From positions 1 through 54,757 of the forward strand of contig JAFCFJ010000004.1 of NCBI GenBank assembly GCA_017608705.1: 54,757 nt of DNA, written 5' to 3'. The position numbers and the translations under genes were made by a program. Below the pieces are notes generated by a model, which was not told the origin of the DNA, did no database searches, and worked only from the letters and a program-made list of their open reading frames with translations. The stretch is from Candidatus Pacearchaeota archaeon (GTDB lineage Archaea > Nanobdellota > Nanobdellia > Pacearchaeales > GW2011-AR1). Shown here piece after piece: positions 30,670 to 40,068 of the stretch (position 1 is the first letter of the stretch; each line of letters starts with the position of its first letter).

Positions 30670-32202
30670 CTAACAAGAAAATTTACAGGTTCCACATCCA
30701 TTCACAGAATTACATGTATTGGCTTCGAATGATGTTGGAGTAGAACCGTCGCACCAAAAGTCTATTACTCCACTCTCACATACAGTTGTATTAATTATAC
30801 TGACTGCACCCGCGCCAGTGACCACATGTACACCTACACTTTGTGCATTTAATACTTTACATGAGCTCACAATGGTATCTTGAGAATCTCCTATATGAAT
30901 CCCATTGTTTGATGGATTTGCTATTGAAACATTTTTTAGTATATTCCCATTAGATCCCCCATAAATCATTATTCCAGCAGGATCAGGTGAAGAGGTTATT
31001 GAAATATTTGTTAGATTATTTTTATGAGATCTTACTATTTTAATTGCTCCACCACTCATATTTATTTTATTAATGAGGTTGTTAGAGGCATCTTCTAAAT
31101 AAATTCCTTTTCCAAAAATGTTTCGGATAGTTAAATTAGTAAGGGTACTATTTGAACTAGAGATCTTAATATCATAATAATTTTCGTTTACTTTACCATT
31201 ATTTGTAATCATGGTATCTTTTATTAAATTTTTTTCTCCTTTTATAAGCGAAATACCATTACCATTGTTTTTTTCTATTATTGAATTTACTATTATATTT
31301 TCAGAGCTATTATAAAGGTCAATTCCCGTTCCTGGATTTAGAGTTATGTTAAGGTTTTCAAATTTATTTTTGCTTGCCCCATGTGCCCCCAGGGCAAATG
31401 TGACCCAATACATAAGGGTACAGTTTTTTATTGTTATGTTAGTTACTTGAGGATTTCTCTCGTGCCAAATGGCAATCCCATTAAAATTGGTACTCTGGCC
31501 TGGCTGAGGGTCCCCACTTATCAGATGCCCTTGGCAATCAAAGATTATATTTTTTCCAGTTATATTTATACAAAGAGAAGAAGATGGTCCTATAATATCT
31601 TTTGTAAGCTTATACACAACACCAGAACGGTTGAGTTCCTGGCATGAATCTATATAGAGCACAAGAGGCTCTCTTGCCTCTGGAGGAACATCTGTTACGC
31701 TACTACCTCCAGAACCACCCCAACTAGCACCTCCGCCACCTCCTATGTCAGCCCTCTTGTATATTTCATCTTGCTTTGGCCCTATCTTGATTTGCGTGCC
31801 TATAAGAAGCATTGGGTATATAGAGAGAATATTGAAATTTGGCATGCAGCTTGTGTCAAGCGTGAATGTTTTTGTTTCTAATGGTTCGGGCAAATCTTGT
31901 GTCTTTTCTATGCTACAGCTCTCTCCTTCCTCGCTGTTCTCTAACACGAACTTAATTCCTGCAAGCTCAGCCTTGTCATTACCACGCCTTATGCTTATCC
32001 ATGCTGTCTTGCTTGTTTCGTTATAGCTGAATGCTACTATGCTCAGACTTATGCTATATGGCTCAGCCCTTATCTCTTTTTCCTGTTTTTGCATTTCTTG
32101 CTTTATTATAAGCCAGACAATAAGCACAGAGGTTACGACAAGCAAAACGAGCAGGACAGTGGCAACAATAGGGCTTACTGCTCTACTAGGCCTCTTTTTC
32201 AT
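30670..32202 (-). CDS. Pilin-like protein (class III signal peptide) fused to a parallel beta-helix (NosD/CASH-like) domain
   Basis: KKRPSRA/VSPIVATVLL, Gly linker, IDSCQEL..Y.LT.DI, repeated GI.L..S.NN.I.N units, Cys-rich C-terminus. Confidence 0.82.
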   Translation of the reverse strand: MKKRPSRAVSPIVATVLLVLLVVTSVLIVWLIIKQEMQKQEKEIRAEPYSISLSIVAFSYNETSKTAWISIRRGNDKAELAGIKFVLENSEEGESCSIEKTQDLPEPLETKTFTLDTSCMPNFNILSIYPMLLIGTQIKIGPKQDEIYKRADIGGGGGASWGGSGGSSVTDVPPEAREPLVLYIDSCQELNRSGVVYKLTKDIIGPSSSLCINITGKNIIFDCQGHLISGDPQPGQSTNFNGIAIWHERNPQVTNITIKNCTLMYWVTFALGAHGASKNKFENLNITLNPGTGIDLYNSSENIIVNSIIEKNNGNGISLIKGEKNLIKDTMITNNGKVNENYYDIKISSSNSTLTNLTIRNIFGKGIYLEDASNNLINKINMSGGAIKIVRSHKNNLTNISITSSPDPAGIMIYGGSNGNILKNVSIANPSNNGIHIGDSQDTIVSSCKVLNAQSVGVHVVTGAGAVSIINTTVCESGVIDFWCDGSTPTSFEANTCNSVNGCGTCKFSC

Positions 32203-32239
32203 GTTTAACTAAGGTTTTTCCTGTTAATAAAGATTTCGG

Positions 32240-32926
32240 CTAGCAACATCCAATATTTTGTTTCTTCAAAGTGTGGAGCAGGGTATTGACAAACTCACAA
32301 AGATTGCTAAAGAGAAAATCTGGCCCGGCCTTAAGAACCTTTGCCCGAGAATTCCATGCACACTTGCTGACTACTATCGCGCTTATGCATCCAGTCTTCC
32401 TTGCTGTTTCAACATCAGCTGCGCGGTCGCCAACGTAGATCAGCTGGTTTGGCCTTAGCTTGTATTGTTTCTTCAGTTTTTTTATCATTTCTTCCTTGCT
32501 TTTGAATTTATCACCGCCAATAACACGAGAGAAGCAAGATTCAACTCCAAACCTTTTCAATATTTTTTTCAGGAAAGGTGTGATAGAGTTTGAAAGTAAG
32601 ACAAGTTTATATTTAGCTTTCAGTTTTCTTAGGTGTTTTATACATTTGCATGGTCTTATCCTATTACTTTTTCTCACAGCCTCCTTATTTACTTCTCTTG
32701 CCACTTTTCTCGCTAACTCCATGCTGAGTCCAGAATCCATCAAAACCTCGTGCATTCTTTTTCCTAGATTGATAAATACCTTTCTCCTTGTGTCTCTTTC
32801 CTTGACCCCTGCTCTTTTGAGATGTTTTATCGCAAGCTTCAAATAGAATTTCTTTGTGTTGGCAATAACACCATCAAAGTCAAAGATTATAAGCTTTACA
32901 TTCTTCAACTCATGTTTATGTTTCAT
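32240..32926 (-). CDS. HAD-superfamily hydrolase
   Basis: IIFDFDGVI, LLSN, K, YVGDRAADV.TA. Confidence 0.92.
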   Translation of the reverse strand: MKHKHELKNVKLIIFDFDGVIANTKKFYLKLAIKHLKRAGVKERDTRRKVFINLGKRMHEVLMDSGLSMELARKVAREVNKEAVRKSNRIRPCKCIKHLRKLKAKYKLVLLSNSITPFLKKILKRFGVESCFSRVIGGDKFKSKEEMIKKLKKQYKLRPNQLIYVGDRAADVETARKTGCISAIVVSKCAWNSRAKVLKAGPDFLFSNLCEFVNTLLHTLKKQNIGCC

Positions 32927-32927
32927 T

Positions 32928-34904
32928 TTAGCTTTGCTGTTGTCTCTTCAGGAAATCGTCTATGAACTTTTTTCTGCTTTCCACATCTATTATTCTCTGA
33001 AGCCTATAACATATCATGCCATCTCGCTCTATTTTTTCAGCCCTTATCTCTGTAACACTTTTTCTATGAGATGTCTCGCTCAGCAAAATTTCATTTTTCG
33101 CTAACCTTGCTAATTTTCTTGTCGTAGCAAAAATTCCGTGCAATGGTGTAAACCTAAGAGTTTTTCCTTCCAGCACATCAATTATCTCACCAGTATGCAT
33201 AGCGATGCCAAATTCTACTTCCTGCTTATTGAGCAATTCAGCAATTTGTTCTGCAAGTCTTCCTGCCTTGCTTTCATTCTTGTATGTTTTTGTTATGCTC
33301 GGAGAGAAAATAACGAAAAGCATTTCCTGAGTTCTGTATAGTGCGCCCTCACTTTTTTCAATAATTTTTTCAATTTCTTCTATCAGTGATTTTTTTTCTT
33401 GTTCTTGCTTTGGCTCGCTTTCAATTCTTATCGCGAGAACACATGCATTGTTTTTGTTTCCCTTAACAACAAGAGAATGCAATGCTTCAAAACCTCGAGT
33501 CGTTGGCTGTACAGTTTTTATGTTTGCACTTTTTATCTTTATTACCCGTCCTGCATGCTCATCCTTTCTCTTGCCAAATCTGCTGAGTTTTGACAGACTA
33601 AACCTGAATTTGAGAGTAGGCCTTATATTTCTTGCAGATATGAACATGAAAGCTACAACAACACCTATAAAGAAAAGCCATGCAAAAATGTATCGTAGCG
33701 TGCTTTGTTTTCTTTCTCTGTGTGTCCTGAGGCCAATTGCTTTGCCAGTCAAGGCTACGTTGCTTGCTCTTACACTCTTTACACCATCTGTGATCTCTAC
33801 ATCGTAGACACCTGTAGGTGCCTGAAGCAAGAATTTCACACGCTGTCCTACATCGAGATAGATATCTTTGATATAACTCTCATTGCCAATTCTTACTTCT
33901 ATACTCTTTTCATAAGGAACATTGCCAACATTTTCTACAATGAGTGTATCATTGATTACTCTGAATTCTGCTTCTTCGTTCTCGAGAACATAAAATAACC
34001 TTCTTCCGTCTAGGCCATTAGCTCTTGCTTCTATGCTCCAGTAGCCAGCACTCGCATTTCTCATAAGCCCGAATTCTTGTTTCTCATTAGCTTTAACTAT
34101 TTTTTCCATTACTCTTTTCTCATTGCTATCTTCTACACTTATTGTTATTTCCCCATCAATTTTATTTCCTGTCTGATCCCGCAATTCTGGTATAAAAGCC
34201 ACTGATGTGCCTGGCTTGTAATCTTGCTGTTCCATGACTATTACTATCTCTGTAGGAACCTGTTTCACATAGAATTGCATCTGTGCTGTTCCTGTATTTA
34301 GAATTTCTCCACCAGCTTTTTCATCTATGGTGACGGTAAGCAGATAATTTCCTGCCGCCATGTTTTCCGGCAAGCTTATATTGGCCTTCAATTTTCCATT
34401 ATGCATGAGAAGCTGTTTTGCAATATTTGTTCCTTCTATCTTTATCGTGGCGATGCCATCTACAGGCTCTCCATTTAGCTTCTTTGCATTCACATTCAAC
34501 ATAATGGAAGCTCCGGGCATGAATTGTTTATCATTCAGCGCTACTTCAACTTCGACGAGATTTGTGATATTGAATTGGGTCGTGGTCTGAGTTTCATTTC
34601 CATAGCTTGCAATAATTTTGCATATTCCGTGAAGGCCTTTATCAAATTTCTTTTTGCTTGTCATGAAATAAACATTTACACTGTTTTCGTGTAGATAACT
34701 GGTATAGATCACTTCTGTTGCCTCGCTACACACTAACTCAAGTTTCAGCGGTTCATCTTTTATTTCGCTTACAAGAACAGAAATAAAGATTTCATCACCA
34801 ATATTATAAACAGGTTTTGGCTCATTCAGAATAATCTCTGCTGATATAAGAGGACTGAATATAATGAGTAAGTATACAAAGTATGCAAAGATAGATTTTT
34901 TCAT
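32928..34904 (-). CDS. Membrane protein: signal peptide, beta-rich extracellular region, one TM helix, cytoplasmic degenerate class III nucleotidyl-cyclase-like domain
   Basis: Start MKKSIFAY at 34904; TM YIFAWLFFIGVVVAFMFI; C-terminal FGIAMHTGE..RKLARLAKNEILLSE. Confidence 0.65.
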   Translation of the reverse strand: MKKSIFAYFVYLLIIFSPLISAEIILNEPKPVYNIGDEIFISVLVSEIKDEPLKLELVCSEATEVIYTSYLHENSVNVYFMTSKKKFDKGLHGICKIIASYGNETQTTTQFNITNLVEVEVALNDKQFMPGASIMLNVNAKKLNGEPVDGIATIKIEGTNIAKQLLMHNGKLKANISLPENMAAGNYLLTVTIDEKAGGEILNTGTAQMQFYVKQVPTEIVIVMEQQDYKPGTSVAFIPELRDQTGNKIDGEITISVEDSNEKRVMEKIVKANEKQEFGLMRNASAGYWSIEARANGLDGRRLFYVLENEEAEFRVINDTLIVENVGNVPYEKSIEVRIGNESYIKDIYLDVGQRVKFLLQAPTGVYDVEITDGVKSVRASNVALTGKAIGLRTHRERKQSTLRYIFAWLFFIGVVVAFMFISARNIRPTLKFRFSLSKLSRFGKRKDEHAGRVIKIKSANIKTVQPTTRGFEALHSLVVKGNKNNACVLAIRIESEPKQEQEKKSLIEEIEKIIEKSEGALYRTQEMLFVIFSPSITKTYKNESKAGRLAEQIAELLNKQEVEFGIAMHTGEIIDVLEGKTLRFTPLHGIFATTRKLARLAKNEILLSETSHRKSVTEIRAEKIERDGMICYRLQRIIDVESRKKFIDDFLKRQQQS

Positions 34905-35010
34905 CTTACTTTTTCCAGGCTGAATGGCTATATAAATATTTTTGTGCATTGTGTTTAAATAGTCTTGCAAAACTCAAAAGTTTTATAAATTTATCCTACC
35001 AACACGAAAT

Positions 35011-36153
35011 ATGGAAATGAATGAGGAAAAAGAGGAACGAGTTTTTGAGGTGACACCATGGCAAGTGAGCGGGGAGGTTGATTATGATAAACTTGTGAAG
35101 CAATTTGGTGTTTCGCTTATTGATGCACAGCTCATGAAGAGAATAGAGAAACTTGCTGGCTCTCATTTTATGCTTCGTCGTGGCCTGTTTTTTGCACACC
35201 GCGACTTGCCATGGTTGCTTGCCCGGTATGAAACAGGAGAAAAATTTTTTCTTTACACAGGCAGGGGCCCGAGTGGCAAGACACATATAGGCCATCTTGT
35301 TCCTTGGATATTTACTCGCTGGCTTCAGGAAAAATTTGATGTTGAGGTCTGGTTTCAGCTTACTGACGATGAGAAATTCTTGTTCAGCGATACCATGGAG
35401 AGGCCAGAACAAGCAAATGAGCTTGCTTACGAAAATGTTCTTGATTTTCTCGCTCTTGGTTTTGAGCCTGGTAAAACTTTCGTATTCAGCAATCTCGACT
35501 ATGCCAAAACACTTTACAGACAAGCTATTCGGGTGGCAAAGAAGGTTACATTTTCTACTGTCAAGGCCGTATTCGGTTTCAACAATGAGAACAACATAGG
35601 CCAGATTTTTTTCACAAGCATGCAAGCAGTACCCGCTTTCTTGCCAAGTGTTCTTGCAGGCAGAAACATTCCTTGTTTGATTCCACATGGCATAGACCAG
35701 GATCCGCATTTCCGTATTGCACGTGATGTGTTGCCAAAGCTTGGCTATTATAAGCCAGCATCAATACAATGTAAATTCCTGCCTGGTCTGACAGCAACAC
35801 CAAAAATGTCAAGCTCAAAGCCCGGAGATGCTATTTTCACAACAGACACACCTGAGGAGATCGCCATGAAGGTAAAGAAATATGCTTTTTCTGGGGGTCA
35901 GCCAACAATACAGGAACATAGGGAAAAAGGTGGCAATCCTGACATTGACATGTGTTTCATATGGCTGAAATATCTTTTCGAGCCAGATGATAAAAAACTT
36001 GAACAGATTTATTGGGATTACAAAACAGGCAAAATGCTTACCAGCGAGCTCAAGGAGATATTTATCGAGAAGGCGACAAGTTTTTTGCGCACACATCAAG
36101 AGGCTAGGGAAAAAGTAAGGAAAGAGCTTGATAGGTTTGTGCTTAAGGACTAG
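35011..36153 (+). CDS. trpS: Tryptophanyl-tRNA synthetase (archaeal/eukaryotic type)
   Basis: VTPW, LYTGRGPS..HIGH, TDDEKF, DQDPHFR, KMSSS, AFSGGQ. Confidence 0.97.
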   Translation: MEMNEEKEERVFEVTPWQVSGEVDYDKLVKQFGVSLIDAQLMKRIEKLAGSHFMLRRGLFFAHRDLPWLLARYETGEKFFLYTGRGPSGKTHIGHLVPWIFTRWLQEKFDVEVWFQLTDDEKFLFSDTMERPEQANELAYENVLDFLALGFEPGKTFVFSNLDYAKTLYRQAIRVAKKVTFSTVKAVFGFNNENNIGQIFFTSMQAVPAFLPSVLAGRNIPCLIPHGIDQDPHFRIARDVLPKLGYYKPASIQCKFLPGLTATPKMSSSKPGDAIFTTDTPEEIAMKVKKYAFSGGQPTIQEHREKGGNPDIDMCFIWLKYLFEPDDKKLEQIYWDYKTGKMLTSELKEIFIEKATSFLRTHQEAREKVRKELDRFVLKD

Positions 36154-36161
36154 GTGATTAG

Positions 36162-36953
36162 TTAGCGTTTTTCCTTATAGAACACATGCCTACTTGGCCC
36201 AAATTTTGTTTGTAGTATGCCGATCCTCTGCATTTTTGGCGATTTTGTCCACCATGTCTTTTTTTCAACATTTTTGTGTAGATAATGGGTTGCTCCTTTA
36301 CCATAATCCGGAAGACGCTGGGCAAGTATACCATAAGCGTTTTTTACACACAACCGCCATGCTTTTCTCTCGCCAAAGCCTTGCTGTGTAGGCTTGAGCA
36401 ATTTATCTAAGTTAGGATCATTGTTATTGAAACAACTATACTGCCATCTCGCGAGCACCACCTCATGCAGAGTATCGCCATAATAGCCAGCTTTCAGCCT
36501 GTTTATTGCTGTATAACCAATTGCTATACGCTCTTCTGCATTGCAGCTACGTGCCTCGCCGTAAATCATTCTTGCAAGTAGCCATACAGGATTATCATTC
36601 CATAGCTCTTGCTTACTTTCTAAGCTTGGGTCTTGCTTGAGCAAGTATTCAAGCAAACAGGAATTTTTACGCAAATAGCTTGCAAGCTCATCAAGGTTCT
36701 CTCTTGTTACCGTCTTATACTTCGTGCAAAATTCATTCCATTTTTCATTTTTTTCCTTTTCGATCATGGTCTCCAAATTTCCCTCTGCTTTCATGTCTGC
36801 AGAACTAACAATCTCTACCACACTACCTGTCTTATTTGGTATATTTTTTTCTTGGTTCGTACCTTCATGCTTGACCATCGTATAATTCAGGGCCAGAGCT
36901 GTCGCGATGCCGAGCACAATTGGTTTCCAATATTCTCTGATTATATTTGTCAT
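36162..36953 (-). CDS. Membrane-anchored SleB/CwlJ-like cell wall hydrolase (Hydrolase_2)
   Basis: N-terminal TM; LARMIYGEAR (catalytic Glu), AIG...INR, VV..RWQYSCFN, GATHY, HVFY. Confidence 0.88.
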   Translation of the reverse strand: MTNIIREYWKPIVLGIATALALNYTMVKHEGTNQEKNIPNKTGSVVEIVSSADMKAEGNLETMIEKEKNEKWNEFCTKYKTVTRENLDELASYLRKNSCLLEYLLKQDPSLESKQELWNDNPVWLLARMIYGEARSCNAEERIAIGYTAINRLKAGYYGDTLHEVVLARWQYSCFNNNDPNLDKLLKPTQQGFGERKAWRLCVKNAYGILAQRLPDYGKGATHYLHKNVEKKTWWTKSPKMQRIGILQTKFGPSRHVFYKEKR

Positions 36954-37149
36954 ATTTTCACTACTCTTTAGTGATATTTAAATCTTTCGTTTTTTCTACA
37001 CTGAAATTTAGTTAAGTTTTTCTGTATTAACATCTTCGGTCTTAAGCAGCACTATCATAACGAAGGTTGCTTTGTTTTTTATTTTTGTTTTTGATATTCA
37101 GTTGTAGAGCTGGGATTACTTTTTTAAACCCTTGGTTGCTTTTTTGAGC

Positions 37150-38877
37150 ATGAGAATCTTGTGTTTGCACTGCGATTACATCTGGTTTAAGCCAGTGAAG
37201 CCAGCATTGCGTGGTATTAAGCTAAGTAAAGAGGAGAAACAGGAGCGTAGGGTCGGGGAATGTCTTGTTGTCTTTACAGCTGTTGAGGCGAGTGATGATC
37301 TTGACATTGTTAGCTCTTTTGTGGCCAATATCGAGGAGATAGCTGACAAGGTTAATGCAAAACGTATAGTTCTTTACCCATATGCCCATCTTTCTTCAAA
37401 TCTCGCATCAGCAGAGATCGCGCTTGATGTGCTCAAAAAGGCTGAGCAAGTGCTAAAAGAAAAAGGCTATGAGGTGGTGAGAGCACCGTTTGGTTACTAC
37501 AAAGCATTCGAGCTTAGATGTAAGGGCCATCCTCTTGCTGAGTTGAGCCGTAGTTTTGGCGCGCGAGAAAAAATCAGCGAGAAGGCTGACATGCTTGTGA
37601 TAAAGGGGCTTGACAAGAAAATTGACATAGAAAAAGAGGTAGCAAGACTTGGAAAATGGCTACTTGATAAACGTGAGCTAAGCACCAGTGACCATAGGAT
37701 TATTGGACAACAACTCGACCTGTTCAGTTTTCATGATGTGGCAAGTAGTATGGTATTTTGGCATCCGAAAGGCATGCTTATTCGCAAGCTACTCATAGAA
37801 TTTTCACGCCAGGAACATAGCAAGCGCGGTTATGAAGAAATCCTCACGCCACAAATTATGGATGTGAAGTTATGGAAAATCTCTGGACATTGGGACTATT
37901 ACCGTGATTTTATGTTTCTCGCTACGAACACACAAAAAGAGCTTTTCGCGGTAAAGCCGATGAACTGCCCTGGGCATATCCTCATTTACAAAACAAAAGC
38001 ACGTTCGTATCGCGAGTTACCGATAAGATGGCTTGAATTTGGTATTGTGCATAGAAACGAGCTTAGCGGCGTAACCTCTGGCATGTTCCGTGTCAAGCAA
38101 ATAACACAGGATGATGCCCATATTTTTTGCACAGAAGAACAGCTCGAGGAAGAGATAAAGAATGTCATAGAGCTTATAGATTATTTTTACAAGATTTTTG
38201 GTTTTAGCTATAGGGTTGAGCTAAGCACGAGGCCTGATAAAAGAATCGGAAGCGATGAAATTTGGGATCTTGCCGAGAACGCGTTAAGGCAGGCTCTTGA
38301 CAAGCTTAACATTGCTTACAAGGTTAACGAGGGCGAGGGCGCTTTCTATGGGCCGAAGATTGATTTTCATATAAAAGACAGCCTTGGGAGAGAATGGCAA
38401 TGCGCCACAATTCAGCTCGATTTTTCCATGCCTGAACGTTTCAAACTTGAGTACATAGATGAGAATGGCAAGAGCAAGAGACCAATAATGCTCCACAGAA
38501 CTGTTTATGGTAGCATAGAACGCTTTACCGCTATATTGCTTGAGCATTACCAAGGTAAGCTACCGTTATGGCTTTCTCCTGTGCAAATCAAGGTGTTGAG
38601 CTTTACTGAACGTAATACAGAGCACGCGGAAAAAATTGCTAAAGTGTTGGAGCAAGAAGGCTTTCGCGTTGAGCGTGATTTCTCAAGTAGGACCCTTGAC
38701 TATAAAGTGCGGGAAGCAGAACTCGAGAAAGTGCCGTATATTGTGGTGATCGGCGACAAGGAGCAAGAGCAAGGAACGATAGCGGTAAGGAAGCGAGGAA
38801 ATAGGAAAGTAGAATTTGGTGTGAAGCTTCAAGGGTTTGTTCAGAAACTAAAACAAGAGATTGAGGAGAAAAAATGA
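37150..38877 (+). CDS. thrS: Threonyl-tRNA synthetase with archaeal-type N-terminal editing domain
   Basis: MRILCLHCD, YPYAHLS, RAPFGYYK.F..CKGHPLAELSR editing domain; DHR, KPMNCPGH, GAFYGPKID, MLHR. Confidence 0.97.
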   Translation: MRILCLHCDYIWFKPVKPALRGIKLSKEEKQERRVGECLVVFTAVEASDDLDIVSSFVANIEEIADKVNAKRIVLYPYAHLSSNLASAEIALDVLKKAEQVLKEKGYEVVRAPFGYYKAFELRCKGHPLAELSRSFGAREKISEKADMLVIKGLDKKIDIEKEVARLGKWLLDKRELSTSDHRIIGQQLDLFSFHDVASSMVFWHPKGMLIRKLLIEFSRQEHSKRGYEEILTPQIMDVKLWKISGHWDYYRDFMFLATNTQKELFAVKPMNCPGHILIYKTKARSYRELPIRWLEFGIVHRNELSGVTSGMFRVKQITQDDAHIFCTEEQLEEEIKNVIELIDYFYKIFGFSYRVELSTRPDKRIGSDEIWDLAENALRQALDKLNIAYKVNEGEGAFYGPKIDFHIKDSLGREWQCATIQLDFSMPERFKLEYIDENGKSKRPIMLHRTVYGSIERFTAILLEHYQGKLPLWLSPVQIKVLSFTERNTEHAEKIAKVLEQEGFRVERDFSSRTLDYKVREAELEKVPYIVVIGDKEQEQGTIAVRKRGNRKVEFGVKLQGFVQKLKQEIEEKK

Positions 38878-39398
38878 ACACTCTTGCTGATTTTCTCTCA
38901 AGGCTAGAGTCAAGTGAAACCTATGGGAAATTTATCGCAAGATATCCTAATGCCTATCTAAGTGCATGTTTTTTCGTGCTTGATTTTGAAACCTCGAGTA
39001 ATGTGTATGAGCTTGATTTTTATGTTCCAGGCGAGAAGAAGATAGCTACATTTTCTATCCCTGCCGACAAAAAGGGTGAAGAGATTAAGATGAGATTCGC
39101 TGAAACACTCTCGAAGAATAGCGATGAAAGGCAAGAGATGCCTGTCAAGTTGGAAAATGTTTCCATCAGCTTGGAAGAATTGCAAAAGCTAGTAAAGAAG
39201 GCTATGAAAGAACATAATATGATGAAGGGACTGAACAAAATTATTGCTATAGTGCAGAATAATCAGGGCAGAGTTACGTGGCAGCTGAACTGCATAACAG
39301 ATGGTTTCAGCATAATTAAACTAAGGATTGATGATAAAGGCAAAAACGTAGTGAGTTTTGAACAGGTTTCGCTTTTTGATTTTGTACGAAAATCCTAA
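38874..39398 (+). CDS. Hypothetical protein
   Basis: ATGA-coupled to thrS; 174 aa with typical coding composition. Confidence 0.75.
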   Translation: MNTLADFLSRLESSETYGKFIARYPNAYLSACFFVLDFETSSNVYELDFYVPGEKKIATFSIPADKKGEEIKMRFAETLSKNSDERQEMPVKLENVSISLEELQKLVKKAMKEHNMMKGLNKIIAIVQNNQGRVTWQLNCITDGFSIIKLRIDDKGKNVVSFEQVSLFDFVRKS

Positions 39399-39402
39399 CA
39401 CC

Positions 39403-40001
39403 CTAACTTTTATTCTTCACATTTGTTTTAGGTTTACGCACGATTGCGATTATGTTGTATTTTGCATATCCTTCACCATTTGCTACAATTTCTATGATTT
39501 CGAAACCAGATGAAAGGAGATCTTGCTTTAGTTCTTGCTTATCATAGAGATAATAATAACGCAATACCCTTCCCTCAGGAGTTTTCCATGGCACATACAC
39601 TTCTTTACCCTTATCCCGAAATCTTTTTTGCTCTTTATTCCATACAGTTATCATAGCCTCTGCACGAGGTTTCAGCACACGAAGCAATTCCTGCAACGCC
39701 TTTAGCCTCTTATCTTTGCCAGAAATGCAATGCAGTGTGGCTATGAAAATTGCTGCATCGAAAAAATTGTCTGGGAACGTGCAATTTCACGTGCATGTTT
39801 CAGTTGTTCCGATGAAAAATCTACAGCATAGAGCTCAGCATCAAGCTTGATGAAGTTCCTGCCTGAACCACATCCCAAATCGAGAATTTTACCTTTCTTT
39901 CCTTGCAAAAAATTTACAACCTCTGGAATAGGCCTGTCACGATATTTATGCCATAATTTCGCGATCTTGTCCCATACTTTTGCTTGAATTTCGATATTCA
40001 T
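39403..40001 (-). CDS. Class I SAM methyltransferase (Trm9/ALKBH8-like), split by deletion plus frameshift near 39779
   Basis: VWDKIA..W...R, ILDLGCGSGRN, then in another frame FPDNFFDAAIFIATLHCI..RL.ALQELLRVLKP..ITVW..VYVPW..RYYYLY. Confidence 0.8.
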
Positions 40002-40068
40002 TTTCCTACTTCGTCAAGTAGTGATGAAAATTAATAAATCTTATTAACTTCCGCACGCATGTTTTCAC

